Below are positions 23,225 to 36,614 of a stretch of 58,570 bases of DNA, piece by piece. Location: assembly GCF_004010195.1 (NCBI RefSeq), contig NW_025215277.1, positions 24,224 through 82,793 on the forward strand, read 5' to 3'. The stretch comes from Chiloscyllium plagiosum. Taxonomy: Eukaryota. The number at the start of each line of letters is the position of its first letter. Position 1 is the first letter of the stretch. The position numbers and the translations under genes are program-made. The notes beneath the pieces are model-generated. The model was not told the DNA's origin. It did not search any database and saw nothing but the letters and a program-made list of their open reading frames with translations.

Positions 23225-24350
23225 AAGAAGGTTGCTGAGATATCACAGGGATCGGTGCTCAGGCCCCAGCTGTTCACAATACCCATTAAACATTTGGTTG
23301 CGGGAATCAAATACAATAGATATCAACATGTTGACAGAACTAAAGGATTTTGGATTGTGAGTGGGTGAGGAGTTTGTAAAAAAGCGTCAAGGTGACAAAG
23401 ACAAGTGAAGTGAATGGGCAAATACGTAGCAGATGGAGAGCAATGTGGGTAGAGGTGTCGGTGTGCCCTTTGGTGGAAAGAAGAGATTCGCAGCCAACCG
23501 TTTGAAAAGGAATTATTTGAACCATGTTGATCTACAAAGGGACGTATGCCCCCTTTTTTTGTTTCCTTCTGCGCAGCCCTCTAAGATCCCTGCAGCGCAG
23601 TTAGTTCTGAATCCAGAAGTCAATATTGGCACGCTGACCAGTGTATATAGATTAATCCAGTGGGGAGCTGTGACATTGTAAAGGATCTGGATCTCCATGA
23701 ACACCAGTCATTAAAAGCGATATTGCTGGAACAGAAAGCAGTTAGGAATATCAATGATGTGCTAAATCCCGGAGTAAAAGTGTCTTACTGCACCTGTACA
23801 GGGCCTTGGTGAAACTCCATCTCGAACATTGGGCAGTATTGTCGGAAGTTTTGGTCTCCGTATCTAATAAAGAGCAAACCTGACATTTAGGGAGAGCAGC
23901 GAAGGATGACCAGATTCATCTCTGGGATGACAGGCTTGTTGTGGGAGCAGAGTTTGGGGCGACTGGGCTTGTATTCCATGGGCTTTAGGAAAATGAGTGG
24001 TGATCTCAGTGAGATATATAACACTGTGACAGAGCGAGACAGATTGGAAGCAGGGATGATAATTCTCCTGGCTGTCATGCCTAAAACAAGGGGCCGCAGT
24101 ATTAGGTACAGGCAGGCCACTCTGCATTGAGATGATAATAAATGTCTGCACTCAGAGACCGGTGAACCCGGAGAATGCACTTGAACCTGGAAACCAAGAT
24201 ACTGAATACAAATAAGGATTTAGAGACAGTAAAGAGATGGTGGAAAAGCAGGAGTACGGTGTGGAAATAAAGGGCCAGCCATCATTATATTGAATTGGGT
24301 AGCAAACTCGATGGACCAAAGGAACCACTGCACTTCCTATTCTATAGCTT
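23225..24350 (+). mobile_element. Decayed CR1 LINE, RT to 3' end
   Basis: QGSVLRPQLFTI, LYRALVKLHLEH and LGRLGLYSM remnants. Confidence 0.8.
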
Positions 24351-24959
24351 CCCAAGGTTAATCATATTAACGCATATATTCATTGTTTGGGATAAGTGCA
24401 TTGTGGAGATGTTTGAAAATGAACAACAATGAGGAACGCTCAATGTGTCCCTTCCCGCTGTTTCTATGCAGTCTGTGGGAAAGCTCTGTAAGTGTTCTCA
24501 CAAGCTCTCAGATGTTAGGAAGGAGGTCTCTGCAGGATCAACAGGACTGTGTTTCCTGTTCCCTTTTCTGATACCGAGACTGGATCTGGGTGTTGTGTCC
24601 AGGTTTATCCTTTAAGACCTCGAAACAGTTTAATACAATAGAATATCTTGCTTGGCCGATTCAGAGACAATTGAAGAGTTTATTACATGTCTGTGTGTCT
24701 GGAGTCACTTTTAGGTCAGACCAGGAAAGCACAGGAGATTCACTTCCTGAAAGTACATTGGGGGAAGAAAATTGGTGTTTGCAATCGCCATTAGCGTCAA
24801 GGTCACTGTTGCATCTTAATATTTTACCAATTGTTTTTAACTTCCACCAGCTGTCAGAGCAGTTGGCCTGGTCTGAATTAGTAATCCAGTGACATTTCCA
24901 CAACAGCACCATCCCCACATGGGGACCGATCAGAAACCACACTGAACAGATTATTTCTG

Positions 24960-25760
24960 TGCTGCTTGACAGCTCTGTCAAAAATATCTCCCACCAATGT
25001 GACTATCGTGATGGTACTGAGGGGGTGGTAATTGATCAGATTGTAATTATTCCCCTTTTAGGGGACCGGGCATAGCTGAGTAATTTCCACATTGCCAGGT
25101 AGGTTTCAGATTTGGAGCAGGAATGAAACAGCTTCCCCAGGGACACGGCTTGTTGTGCAGCACAAGTCTTCTGTCCTATTGCAGGAATGGTTTCAGGGCC
25201 CATTGTCTTTGTCGTATCTATTGTGTTCAGCTGTTTCTTCATGTCTCGTGCAGCGAAACAACTTCGTTGAAGACTGGCATCTGTGATTCTGTGGACATCA
25301 TGACGAGAGTGAGCTGGATTATCAACTCCACACTTCTGGCTGATACTAAATTCTTGTGTTTTACACTGGTGTACAGGGCAGTTCTGTTATGTAGTATGGG
25401 GATATTTATGGAATCCTCTCCTCCAGTCATTTGTTTTATGGTCTCTCACCATTTATGACTGAATGTGGCAGGATTGCCGAGCTTCAATCAGATCTGTTGA
25501 TCAACTGTGGTAGCTTTAATGTGTTGGCATCACGTTTAGGTTCACATGGTTCTGACCCTGACATGTTCACCCACAGTCATTACTGAGCCATAGATCGTGT
25601 TGATTGTAATGGCAGACGAACGAGATTATCCAGGGCAAAAATGTTACAGATTGTGGTTGAATGCTGTTCTGCTTCTCCTGCTGTTGTGGTCTACAGCACG
25701 ACATAAATATGCAATTTTGAGCTGCAATATCTGCAATGCAATTCTGCTGTCTGTCCCTTA
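24960..25760 (-). mobile_element. Decayed fragments of the second LINE family
   Basis: KQLNTIDTTKTMGPETIPA..LGKLF and LMTGGEDSINIPIL match the 20770-23205 family. Confidence 0.75.
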
Positions 25761-26409
25761 GTTCACATCGAGACCCATTCACCCATCAGCCCTGTACTCA
25801 GTGACATGCTCTGATTTCTAATTTGGAAGTACTTCCATTTTCACACTCTCATTCTGCTGATGCTCAGTCCCCGGGTCATACTTCCAATCTCACACATTTT
25901 GCAAAACCAATTAACTAATTTTAATTCAATTGTTTAATTAATCTGAATCGTTTTTCCTTAAGTAATACCATCTTCTGTGTTTAAAATGAAAGTCTTTCCC
26001 TCTGTTTCTCTCCCTGACCATGATTAAGAGCTCTGTAGTGTCAGTGATTCCAGACTTATGTAGTTTCAGAGCCAATGAATTCTCTGAACCATCATCACCA
26101 AATTGTATGTTTCCTCATTTGGTTTGATGCCTTATTCATCATTGCTGCCTTGCCCTCCCATGTGTATTTTTCATTTTCTTTAGGATGAATTTCTGATATC
26201 CTCCGAATTATCCCCAGAAACCTCTGCCATTGCTGCTTCATGGTCTTTCCTGCTCAGCTCCCCTACCAATTAACTCTGGACAGCTCCTCTCACATGTCTT
26301 TGTAGTTACATTTCTCACTTATAATCACATTACATCAAGAAAAGAGCAATTTTATATATAAACCAAAAGAAGGAGTTTTGAGAGAAGGATGTGAAGTATA
26401 ATTGTTAAA

Positions 26410-27485
26410 TTTCTTAAGAAAGGATGTGTGAAACCTGATAGAATTCTGAAAAGATTTACAAAGATATTGCCAGGGTTGGATGTTTTGAGATTTATTGAGA
26501 GGCTGAATCTGTCAGGGTTATTTTTCCTGGAGCATCAGCGGTTGAAAAGTGATCATCGAGGTTGATATACTAACAAGTGGAACGGATAGTGTCAATAGCC
26601 AAAGTCTTTTCCCCTGGGTAGCACATTCCAAAACTGGAGGACATCGGTTGAAGTTCAGAGAGGAAAGACTTATACAGGGATCTAAGGGGCAGCGTTTTCA
26701 AAGAGAGGGTGCTTTATATGTAACGAACTGCTAGAGGAGGTTGTGGGTGGGGGGGACAAGTACAACATTTAAAAGGCATCTGGATGGGCACATGAATAGG
26801 AAGTGGTTCGGTGGATATGGCCAAATGCAGGCAAATGGACCCATATTAATGTAGGACACCTGGTCAGTCTGGACGAGTCGGATAGAAGGGTCTGTTTCCA
26901 TGCTGAACAGCTCTATGACACTATGTCTTCTGTAAAACCTTCTCCTGTCATCTTAGAATTACCCACAGTCCTGAAATCCACCACCCTAAGGAAATGACAT
27001 CTGCCATTCAACATTATCTATACACGTCATTGTTTTATAAACCTCTATAAGGTTGAAAACACTGCAGTGAATAAGGTCCAAGTCCATCGAGTCTGTCCTT
27101 ATAACCTAAACACTCCATTCCCAGTGAAAATCCGGTAATCTTTTCTGAACCATCTCCAGTTCGTCAATGAGACTGGGTGACCTGAACTGCACACAGTACT
27201 CCAGGAGAAATCTCACAAATGTCCTGCATAACCTGAAGATGATTTTCCAGCTCCTGTACTCAAAGGTCTGAGCAATGAAGGCCATCAATCCAAACTCCTA
27301 AATACCCACCCTGCCTACACATGATGCAAACTTCAAAGAAATATACGAGAACCCGAGATCCCTCTGCTCTCCAATGATACCAGTGGCTGGACATTTATTG
27401 TGTATGTCCTCTCCCTGTTTGTTTTATCAAATTGTGATACCTTGCATTTATCGAAGTTAACCTCCATCTGCGACTCTGCAGCTGA
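26410..27485. mobile_element. Two tail-to-tail HER1/CR1 3' fragments (plus 26410-26925; minus 26930-27485)
   Basis: KRFTKILPGL and tail ctctatgacactatg on plus; LLEYCVQFRSP and MEVNFDKCKV on minus. Confidence 0.85.
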
Positions 27486-27954
27486 ATGAGTTCTCGTACT
27501 GGGGAAGAAAGGCTGGAAAATAATCTGTGGCCTCAAATCATTTCGTGGTTTTATGAAAAGGGCAGTCACACGTTACAGGCGGGAAAGAGTGATTGTTGTT
27601 TTGATCCAGAAAGTATGTGCTTTCTTCGTCTCTGATGTTCAGTGATAAGTATCTATTCCAGATCCTTTATGGTGCAGTGTGGGTCGGCAGGATGTCTTTC
27701 TCTCATATTGCAAATGTCAGATAATAGCCACTTAAGGTGGAAATCATTTCCAAACAATTAAAGATCTTCATAGTTTATCATGAAGGCAGAGCACATGAAC
27801 TCAATATCGTATATTTGAGGTGAGTACCTTTCATCTGTTAAAAAATGTAATTCTTTCAACTGTATAATTCAGTAAAGTGAACCAAATTTTAATTACTCCA
27901 CACCGAGCTGAAAGCTGATATTTAAAATGTGACCCAAAATCTGGGAATGGTTGA

Positions 27955-28260
27955 AGTCATGTGTAGTGGGCAACGCCCGTGCCTCTGAGCCAGAGCTCTG
28001 GGTTATATTGCAAAACCTGAACTCACGTGGTAATGTCTCTCACTCTGGACCAGAAGTTTTGGATTAAAGTCCCGTCTGTCACAGAGGTATGTCACAGTAT
28101 TTCAAAACAGGCTGATGAATAAGCACAGAGGTGAATGATGTTGCAACTTTAGGGACTATTGCCAAGTGGTGGTAGTGTCCCTACCTCTGAGCCCAAAAGT
28201 CTAGATTCAAATCCCACAGAAGTGTTTCATAATGTGGCTGAACAAGTTAATTAAATGATT
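27955..28260 (+). mobile_element. Three adjacent decayed copies of a short tRNA-derived SINE
   Basis: Repeated gtggta.tgtc.ct..ctctg(a/g).ccagaa..t.tgg.ttcaa.tccc (A-box/B-box-like) at ~27960, ~28026 and ~28166. Confidence 0.6.
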
Positions 28261-28375
28261 TTAGAGTTGTGATGTGTTAGAGAATTATGAGGTGTCAGCA
28301 TTGAATTTCAGAACTAAAGCACAGGTTGACAGAAAACACAGCCATTCGTGTTGATTGAAGTCACACTTGCACATT

Positions 28376-28990
28376 CTAGAGGTTTATAAAATCATGAAGA
28401 GCATGGATAGGGTGAATAGTCAGGGTCTTTACCCCAGTGAATGGGAAGTCAGAAACTAGAAGACATAGATTTAAGGTGAGATGGACAAGATTTAAAAAGA
28501 ACTTAAGAGGACTATTTTCACACAGAGGGTGGTGCGTGTATGCAGTGAGCTGCCATACGTAGCGGTGGAGGCTGTTACAATTACAACATTTAAAAGTCAT
28601 CTAGATGGGGACATGAATTGGAAAGGTTTAGAGGGACATGGAACAAATGTGGGAAAATGAAATTAAGTTAATTTAAGACATCTAGTTGTCACGAAAGAGT
28701 TGGACCAAAGGGGCTGTTTCTTTACTGCGCAACTCTTGGAATCATCGATCTAATTTGTCAAGCTCTCTTTATAATCGTATGTAACCTTCTTCACCTTTCA
28801 CTATATAACTAATCTTGGTGTCAGCTGTAATTTTGCTCACCATGCCTTCTATACTTCTCATCTAAATCATTGCTACAAATGACACCAAAGATGGATCCTG
28901 AACCAATCCCTGTGGAACTCCGCTCGTCACTGGCCTCCAGTCCCAAAGACAACCCTGCTCCACCACCCTTTGCCTCCTGCCATTAACCCA
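28376..28990. mobile_element. HER1/CR1 fragments (3' end plus 28376-28745; RT minus 28750-28990)
   Basis: EVYKIM on plus; WVNGRRQRVV..WRPVTSGVPQG on minus. Confidence 0.85.
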
Positions 28991-29487
28991 AAACACACAC
29001 GCACATACAAACATACAGAGACACAGACACAGTTCTGTGTTTAAGACAGGGATAGACATATTCTGACTGATAAGCGGAGCAAGGGTTACAGTGAAAATGT
29101 GGGAGAATTGTGTTGAGACACATGTCAGCCATGATCGAACAGCAGATCAGGCTCGATGGACCAAATACTATGGTTCTGCATCAATGTCATATGCTGTATG
29201 GTTTACGCTGTCTGAAATGTCAACCCAAAAGAGCAGTGGAGGCTGGGTCATATTAAAACTTTACTGAACAGAGTAAATGGGAGTATGGGATAGGTTTGAG
29301 GGGCTGAATGGACTAAGTATTTCCTTCATTTTTGTGCCTTCATTTTTTTAAAAAAGAGAAGCTGACTGTGAGGTTCATACACTTTTAAATTTAGATGTTC
29401 TACCATTTAAGATTGAGATTAGGATGTTCCTATCTTCTTAGGCTGTGTGTGGTATTCACAACCCCAGGGAACAGTGAAGACTGGGCC

Positions 29488-30385
29488 ATAGAGTCATAGA
29501 GATGTACATCATGGAAACAGACCCTTCGTTCCAACTCATCCATGCCGACCAGATATCCCAAACCAATCTAGTCCCAACTGCCGGCACCTGGCTTATATCC
29601 CTCCAAACCCCTGCTATTCATATAGCCATTCAGATGTCTCCTAAATGTTGCGATGATACCAGACTCCATCACTTCCTCTGGCAGCTCATTCCATACAAGT
29701 ACCGCCCTCTGTGTGGTAAAAGTTGCCGTTTATGCCTCTCTTACGTTTTTCTTCTCTATGCCCTACTGCACTGGAAAAGACTTTCTATATTTATCCTATC
29801 TATGCCCCTCATAATTTTGTAAACCTCCATAAGGTCACCCCTCAGCCTCCGATGCTCCGGGAAAATCAACCTTAGCATAATTAACCTCTCCTTATAGCTC
29901 TAATCCTCCAACCCTCGCAACATACTTGTAAACCCTTTCAAGTTTCAAAACATCTTTTTCGATAGGAAGGAGACAGGATTGCACGCAATATTCCAGCAGT
30001 GGCCTAACCAATGTCCTGTGCAGCTGCAACATGACCTCTCAACTCCGGTACTCAGTACTCTGACCAATAAGGGAAAGCATAACCAAACGCCTTCTTCACT
30101 ATCCTATCTCCTTGCGACTTCACTTTCAAGGAACTATGAATCTGCACTCCAATGTCTCTTTGTTCAGCAACACTCCCGAGGACCTTGCAGCACCCCACAT
30201 TTATCGAAATTAAACTCCATCTGCCACTTCTCGGACCATTGGCCCAACGGATCAAGATCTCATTGTTATCTGAGATAATATTCTTCGTTGTCCACTACAT
30301 CTCCAATTTGGATGGCATCTGCAAACGTATTAACTATACTTCATATGCTTACATCCAAACCAGTTATGTAAATGACGAAAAGTAC
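29488..30385 (-). mobile_element. HER1/CR1 LINE 3' ~0.9 kb, inserted after the segmental duplication
   Basis: Tail ctctatgactctatg; RT C-terminal motifs. The paralogous sequence at ~48490-48520 lacks the insert. Confidence 0.9.
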
Positions 30386-30689
30386 TGGGGGGTCATTCAA
30401 GATATTACCGGCTCACCTTTACTGACTTTTGTTGGACAGGGGAGTCAGTCTTTATAGGAAATAGACAGGAAAGGAGTTTTCAGCCGCAAACAGACCAGCC
30501 ATGATCTGTATAAACTGCGCATCTGTCTGGAGCTCCTATCCCATACTGTTCTCTCACTTCACCCGTTGAGGCTGTTACAGAGGGAGAGGAAGACCCCATT
30601 GAGCCAGTCAGTATCACTGCAATAATGTAAGAGGAACACCATTCCGTCCCTCTAAGGAGATAGCCGGGAATAGAATGAAGTATTCGGTC

Positions 30690-31055
30690 ACAGTGCAATA
30701 GAGATATACATCAAGGAAACAGACCCTTTGGTCCAACTCATCCGTGCCAACCAGATGTCTTCATTTGTCATCATTTCGTCCATATCCCTCTGAATCATTC
30801 CTTTCCATAAATACATCTGGTTGACTTTTAAATGGAGTAATTTTACCAGCCTCCAACAGTTCCTCTGGCAGCTCATTCCACACACGCACCAGACACTGTG
30901 TGAACAAGTTGCCCCTTAGATCCCTTACATATCTTGCCCTTCTCACCTTAAAACTATGTCCTGTAGTTCTGGACTCCCTTCCCCAAGGGAAATAACCTTG
31001 CCTATTTGCCCTATCAGTGACCCCGTGATTTTATAAACCACTATATGGTCACCTC
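30690..31055 (-). mobile_element. HER1/CR1 LINE 3' end
   Basis: RDLRGNLFTQCLVRVWNELPEE. Confidence 0.9.
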
Positions 31056-31544
31056 TCAAAGAGAATCGTTTATTTTAATGTGAAGTGACTGCTGCAATTA
31101 TTCAATACAGCAGCAACAATCAACAATGAATTTAATGATGAGGATCATGAGTTGTGTTGTTAAGGGGACACATGTTAGTCAGGCTGAAGGAAAGCTCACC
31201 CCTCCTCAGTGTCTGTCTGGTGAAAATTGAGCACGTGCTCGATATTGCAGAATGGTTATATTGCTGCATCTGAAAGATCACATTTCCAACCGGGTAGCGA
31301 TACCCCCAAATGTTAGTCTATATTCTGTGCTCATCTTTTAAACTCTCAGGGATTAGGAATATTTACAGTAGGAACTCCACCTGATTATCTGACAACAAAT
31401 GGCCGGAAGGAGGATCACTGAGATCAGAAACAAATCGGCAACCAGCTACACAGCATAGCAGGAGGCCATGCAACCTTTCTGGGCAGGTAATCAGCAACAG
31501 GGAGTCCTGATCAGCTACCAGGAAATACAGAATTTAAATAATTA

Positions 31545-32330
31545 TTTATTTTCAGGTTGGAAAATTGTCACTCGTGAAATTCCTCGGGGATCAGTGTGAG
31601 TTTATCAACAGTTTACAATCTAGAATAATGATTTGGATGACGTGGCTGAATGGATTGGTGCTCAATTTGCCCTCACACCAGGATAGTCATTCAATAAGAT
31701 GTCAAGAGGAGACAGAGTGTCTGCAATGGGATACAGACAGGGGAGAGTCGTGAGCAAACTTTCAGCAAAAACAAAAATGTACAAGGTGGGTGATTGGAAG
31801 TTTGTGTTTTGGACGAAGCATAAAGCAACAGTAAATGATATAACTGGAGGCAGAATGCAGAACTCGGTGGTGCAAAGGGATTAGCCTGTCCTGATCCATA
31901 AATCACAACACGTTAGTCTGTAGATGCAGCACGTGAATATAGAAAATAAATGAAGTGATACTTTTGTCTTGATAACGAGTATTGCGTCTGATCCTAAGGT
32001 TGTTTTACTGCATCTGTTCAGGCCGATTTGAGACGGCATCTGATGTGTGGTTGTAATTCCACTGAAGTGAAAAAAAAATTGCTTTTTAAATGTCTCAAAG
32101 ATGTTTCTCTTTACTCGTTCTTGCAATAAAGGCATTATGTGTGTACGATTCGAAGTTTCGGCCTGAGAATGAGAAATGTGCTAATTGACCATATAAGATT
32201 CTGAGCTGGTGAATACCTGATGGATATTTTATCTTCTATGGGAGAATAAGACCTGGAGCTAATTTAAGAATAAGATGAATTCATTGAAATGCAGATATTG
32301 TGAAGATATCACAAGTTGTATTATAAAAAG
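31545..32330 (+). mobile_element. Ancient decayed CR1 RT fragment, duplicated at ~48980-49700
   Basis: ttttcaggttggaaaattgtcactcgtgaaattcctcggggatcagtg (SGW..V...PQGSV); collinear with 48985-49040. Confidence 0.7.
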
Positions 32331-33109
32331 GATACGGGAACATATAAGCACATCTCCAATCTAGTGGCGCTATTTGTTCCGAAATAAATGGTTGGGTGTC
32401 CAACTGCAATAGTGATGTACCTACATGGAGCAGGGAATGCGACGGAGTCAACAGTTCAGTCACTGTTCAAATTGACCTCATTTCGTCCAGTTTGGGGTAG
32501 GATAACGTTATTATGTGATTCAGCACAGGGAGGGAGAAAATCTAACCTTCCTGAGAAGGAACAGCCTGTTGCTCCCTCTCTCTGTGTTCCTCTTCCCAGC
32601 AATGTGTGTGAACTGAAAACTTCACAGTCATCTTTACCACTCATGGAGGGTTTCTCCGAGGATTCACTGGAATCGGCACACTACCTGAAGTAAAGGGAAT
32701 TCAGCTAAATCCACTGTTCCAAGAATTAATCCCATTGCCAATAGTATGTAAGAGCAGAATAGATATATAAGCTGAATGATATTTGGAACAATCCCTCATG
32801 TTTCCTTTCGTCATGAGTTCGATTAATATTTGGGCACAGTTCTTCCAAGTTGACGTTCTGCAGAGATTATATTTTTCAGTTTGTCATCAAACCTGTGCAT
32901 GTGTCAGTATGTTTAGAAACATCGATGCACAGATTTGCAATATTCAAACCGTTTGTCATTCATCTCTCCATCCTAGATTGAGTAACTTTGTTTCGGTCAT
33001 AAACTTGTTAATTTTAGCAGATTAAGGAATCCTGCCTGACTTGTTCCTCATCCTCACACAGTCTGAGACCTATATTATGGATCATATCACCAACCCGGTT
33101 ACATTATCA

Positions 33110-35210
33110 TTTGCAGCGAGCAGCGGAAGTGTGGGACGAGGAAGGGGAATAATGTCCTGAACTAATGATCAGTGAGCCTGCCGTCATTGGTGGCCATGTT
33201 GTTGGAGAGCATTGAGAGGGGCAGGATTTACATGTATTTGCAAATGTAACACCTGATGAAGGATAGTCAACATGGCTTTGTGCGTGGGAAATCATTTCTA
33301 ACAAAGTTGATTGCATTTTCTGAAGAGATGATAAAGAAGATTGGTGATGGCAGTGTGGTAGACGCCGTCCATCTAGACTTCAGCAAGGCATTCGACAGGA
33401 TTCCGCATGGCAGACAAGGTAGTAAGGTTAGGTCATAAATAGAACCAAGATATGATAGACAAATGACTACAAAATTAGAGTGAAGGTAGGAGACAGAGTG
33501 TGGTAGACGACGGGTTTTCAGACTAGAAGCCGATGACCAGTTATGTGCCACAAGGAGCACTGCTTTTCATTAATTATCTACATTATTTGAATGTGAATAC
33601 TCGCCTGTTTATTATGTTTACAGATGACATAGAACATAGAACATAGAACATAGAACATAGAACATAGAACATAGAACATAGAACATAGAACATAGAACAT
33701 AGAACATAGAACATAGAACATAGAACATAGAACATAGAACATAGAACATAGAACATAGAACATAGAACATAGAACATAGAACATAGAACATAGAACATAG
33801 AACATAGAACATAGAACATAGAACATAGAACATAGAACATAGAACATAGAACATAGAACATAGAACATAGAACATAGAACATAGAACATAGAACATAGAA
33901 CATAGAACATAGAACATAGAACATAGAACATAGAACATAGAACATAGAACATAGAACATAGAACATAGAACATAGAACATAGAACATAGAACATAGAACA
34001 TAGAACATAGAACATAGAACATAGAACATAGAACATAGAACATAGAACATAGAACATAGAACATAGAACATAGAACATAGAACATAGAACATAGAACATA
34101 GAACATAGAACATAGAACATAGAACATAGAACATAGAACATAGAACATAGAACATAGAACATAGAACATAGAACATAGAACATAGAACATAGAACATAGA
34201 ACATAGAACATAGAACATAGAACATAGAACATAGAACATAGAACATAGAACATAGAACATAGAACATAGAACATAGAACATAGTGCCCAGCTCTGCAGCT
34301 TCTCTATATCCTGCTGTAACCTGCCACATGCTTCCTCACTGTCAACAACTCCTCTGACATTAAAATTGGAGGTGCAGTGGCCAGCAATGTTTACGTCATT
34401 GTACAATGGGACCTCGATCAGATGGGCCAATGTACCAAGGAGTGACAGATGAAGTTAAATTTAGGTAAATGCGAAGTGTTGCATTTTGGTAAGGTAAAAC
34501 AGGGCAGACATATACAATTAATGGTGAGGTCCTGGGGAGTATTGTTGAACAAAAAGTGTGCAGGCTCATAGATCCATGAAAATGGAGTCACAGATTGACA
34601 GGTTGGTGAAGGTGGTATTTGGTATGCTTGCATTTATTGATCAGTACATTGAGTATGCGAGTTGGGACCTCAAGTTGCAACTGGACAGGATGTCGGTGAG
34701 TCCAGATCTAGAATACTGTGTTTAATTCAGTTCGCTCTGCTACAGGTAGGATGCTGTTAAACTATAGGGGGTGCAGAAAAGATTTACAAGGATATTGCCG
34801 CACATGGAGTGATGAGCTATAGGGAGAGGCTGGACAGACTGGGGCTTTTTTACTCTGGAGCATCGGAGGCTGAGACGTGACATTATGGAGGTTTATAAAA
34901 TGAAGAAAATGGAGTAGCCAAGGTCTTTTTTCCAGGATAGGGGAGTTCAAAACTATCGGACAAAAGCTAAAGGTGAGAGGAGAAAGATAGTAAAGGGACA
35001 ATATTTTCATGAAGATTGTGGTGTGTGTATGAAATGAGCTCTTAGAGATGGTGATGGAGGCTGGTACAGCTACAACATTTAATAGGCATCTGGATAGGCA
35101 TATTAATAGGAAGGATTTAGAGGAATATGGGCTTAATGCTGGAAAATGGGACTAGATCAGATTGGGATGTCTGAGATACGTGGACAGTTCTCCGTGCTTT
35201 ATGACATTGT
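33110..35210 (+). mobile_element. HER1/CR1 LINE, RT to 3' end, interrupted at the FADD motif by a satellite-bearing insert
   Basis: KDSQHGFVRGKSFLTKLIAF..HLDFSKAFDRIPHG. Reads tttacagatgacat[insert]taaaattggagg, i.e. FTDDIKIGG. Confidence 0.9.
33627..34283. repeat. Perfect (ACATAGA)n heptanucleotide array, ~94 copies
   Basis: 657 bp, apparently uninterrupted. The reverse strand (TCTATGT)n equals a CR1-type 3' tail motif. Confidence 0.98.
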
Positions 35211-35410
35211 AAGAGAGATGAGGAGAAATTCCTAAAGGACCTTTTGAGTTGGAAGTCACTTCTCCAGAGGTATGTGGTTCCTCTTTATTCACATTTATCC
35301 AAAGATGAGTTAGTTAAATATTTTATGCAGAAGTGAATCACAGATAATGGGATACAGACAGGAAAGTGGGGCTGAGACCATAACCTGATCAGCCACAATC
35401 TTAGTGCCTG

Positions 35411-36180
35411 GTTCCGTCCCCTATCCAGGTGACATCCTCAGTGCTTGGGAGCCTCCTGTAAAGCGCTTCTGTGATGTTTCCTCCGGCATTTATAGTTGCC
35501 TGTCTCTGCCGCTTCCGGTTGTCAGTTCCAGCTGATGGACCATACATCAGGAGCAGTTCTGAACTGACAGCCAGACTACTGCGACCACTAGGACTCATAA
35601 CAGCACACAAACCAACAGCCACTCTCAGACAACAACTCACCAGAATGAAGGACCCGATACCCAACATGAGCAAAACCAATGTAGTGTACAAAATCCCATG
35701 CAAGGACTGCACAAAACACTACATAGGACAAACAGGAAGACAGCTAACCATCCGTATCCATGAACAACAGCTAGCCACGAAACGACACGACCAGCTATCC
35801 TTAGTAGCCACGCACGCAGATGACAAGCAACACGAATTCGACTAGGACAACACTACCATTATAGGGCAAGCCAAACAGAGAACAGCCAGGGAATTCCTAG
35901 AGGCATGGCACTCATCCACAGACGCTATCGACAAACCATCGACCTGGACCCAATATACCGGCCACTACAGCGGACAGCTGGAACTGACAACTGGAAGTGG
36001 CAGAGACTGGCCACTAAAAATGCCAGAGGAAACATCACAGAAGCGCTCCACAGGAGGCTCCCAAGCACTGAGGATGTCACCTGGATAGGGGACGAAACGT
36101 TTGCAAGACAAATTCCCAGCTCGGCGAACAGAACCACAACAACGAGCACCCGAACTACAAATCTTCTCCCAAACTTTGAA
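35411..36180 (+). mobile_element. Penelope-like element (Poseidon-like), 5'-truncated, with GIY-YIG endonuclease and inverted pseudo-LTR
   Basis: NVVYKIPCKDCTKHYIGQTGRQLTIRIHEQ..AREFLEAWHS. 35411-35535 is an inverted copy of ~35975-36094. One in-frame stop. Confidence 0.95.
36065..36104 (+). ncRNA. Minimal type I hammerhead ribozyme in the Penelope pseudo-LTR
   Basis: gca-CTGAGGA-t-gtcacc(tggata)ggggac-GAAAC-GTT-tgc: intact catalytic core, stem II with one mismatch, 3-bp stem I, palindromic ACGT in place of stem III. Confidence 0.7.
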
Positions 36181-36614
36181 CATCCGTGTTATGTTAGCAT
36201 GACTTCCTGGCAGTGGGACTGAAACGATATTTTAAACCAGTTTCAAAGGCATCTTCCATCGCTGAGAGAGCAGACCTACATCCTATCTGAAAGTCAGAAG
36301 CTGTTGGAGAATAGCTAACTGTTTCAGAATGAAAGTATTGTGGCTGCTGACAGGATTATGAACAATACAACGTTGAATGGATGGTCACACAGTAACTATG
36401 TATTGCAGTGTTCAGAGTTCATTCAGAGCCTGTACCTCTCTGTTAATAGAAATAAGGTCTCTGCACAGACACGTAAATTATTAGGAATCTAGCATCCTAT
36501 GGAAAGTATGTTATTTCCCACCTTATCAACCTTTTTTTGGACACGATGAGTGTCCGTCCATAACTATTAAGTTTCAACTTCGTATTCTCTCACAGTGTTA
36601 CAAGTTAAACACAT

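Noticed and set aside
33578..34430. 229-270-aa ORFs of repeating MFYVLCS, and a superficially array-like repeat
   Set aside because: Stop-free reading of a perfect 7-bp satellite. There are no spacers, so it is not a CRISPR array.
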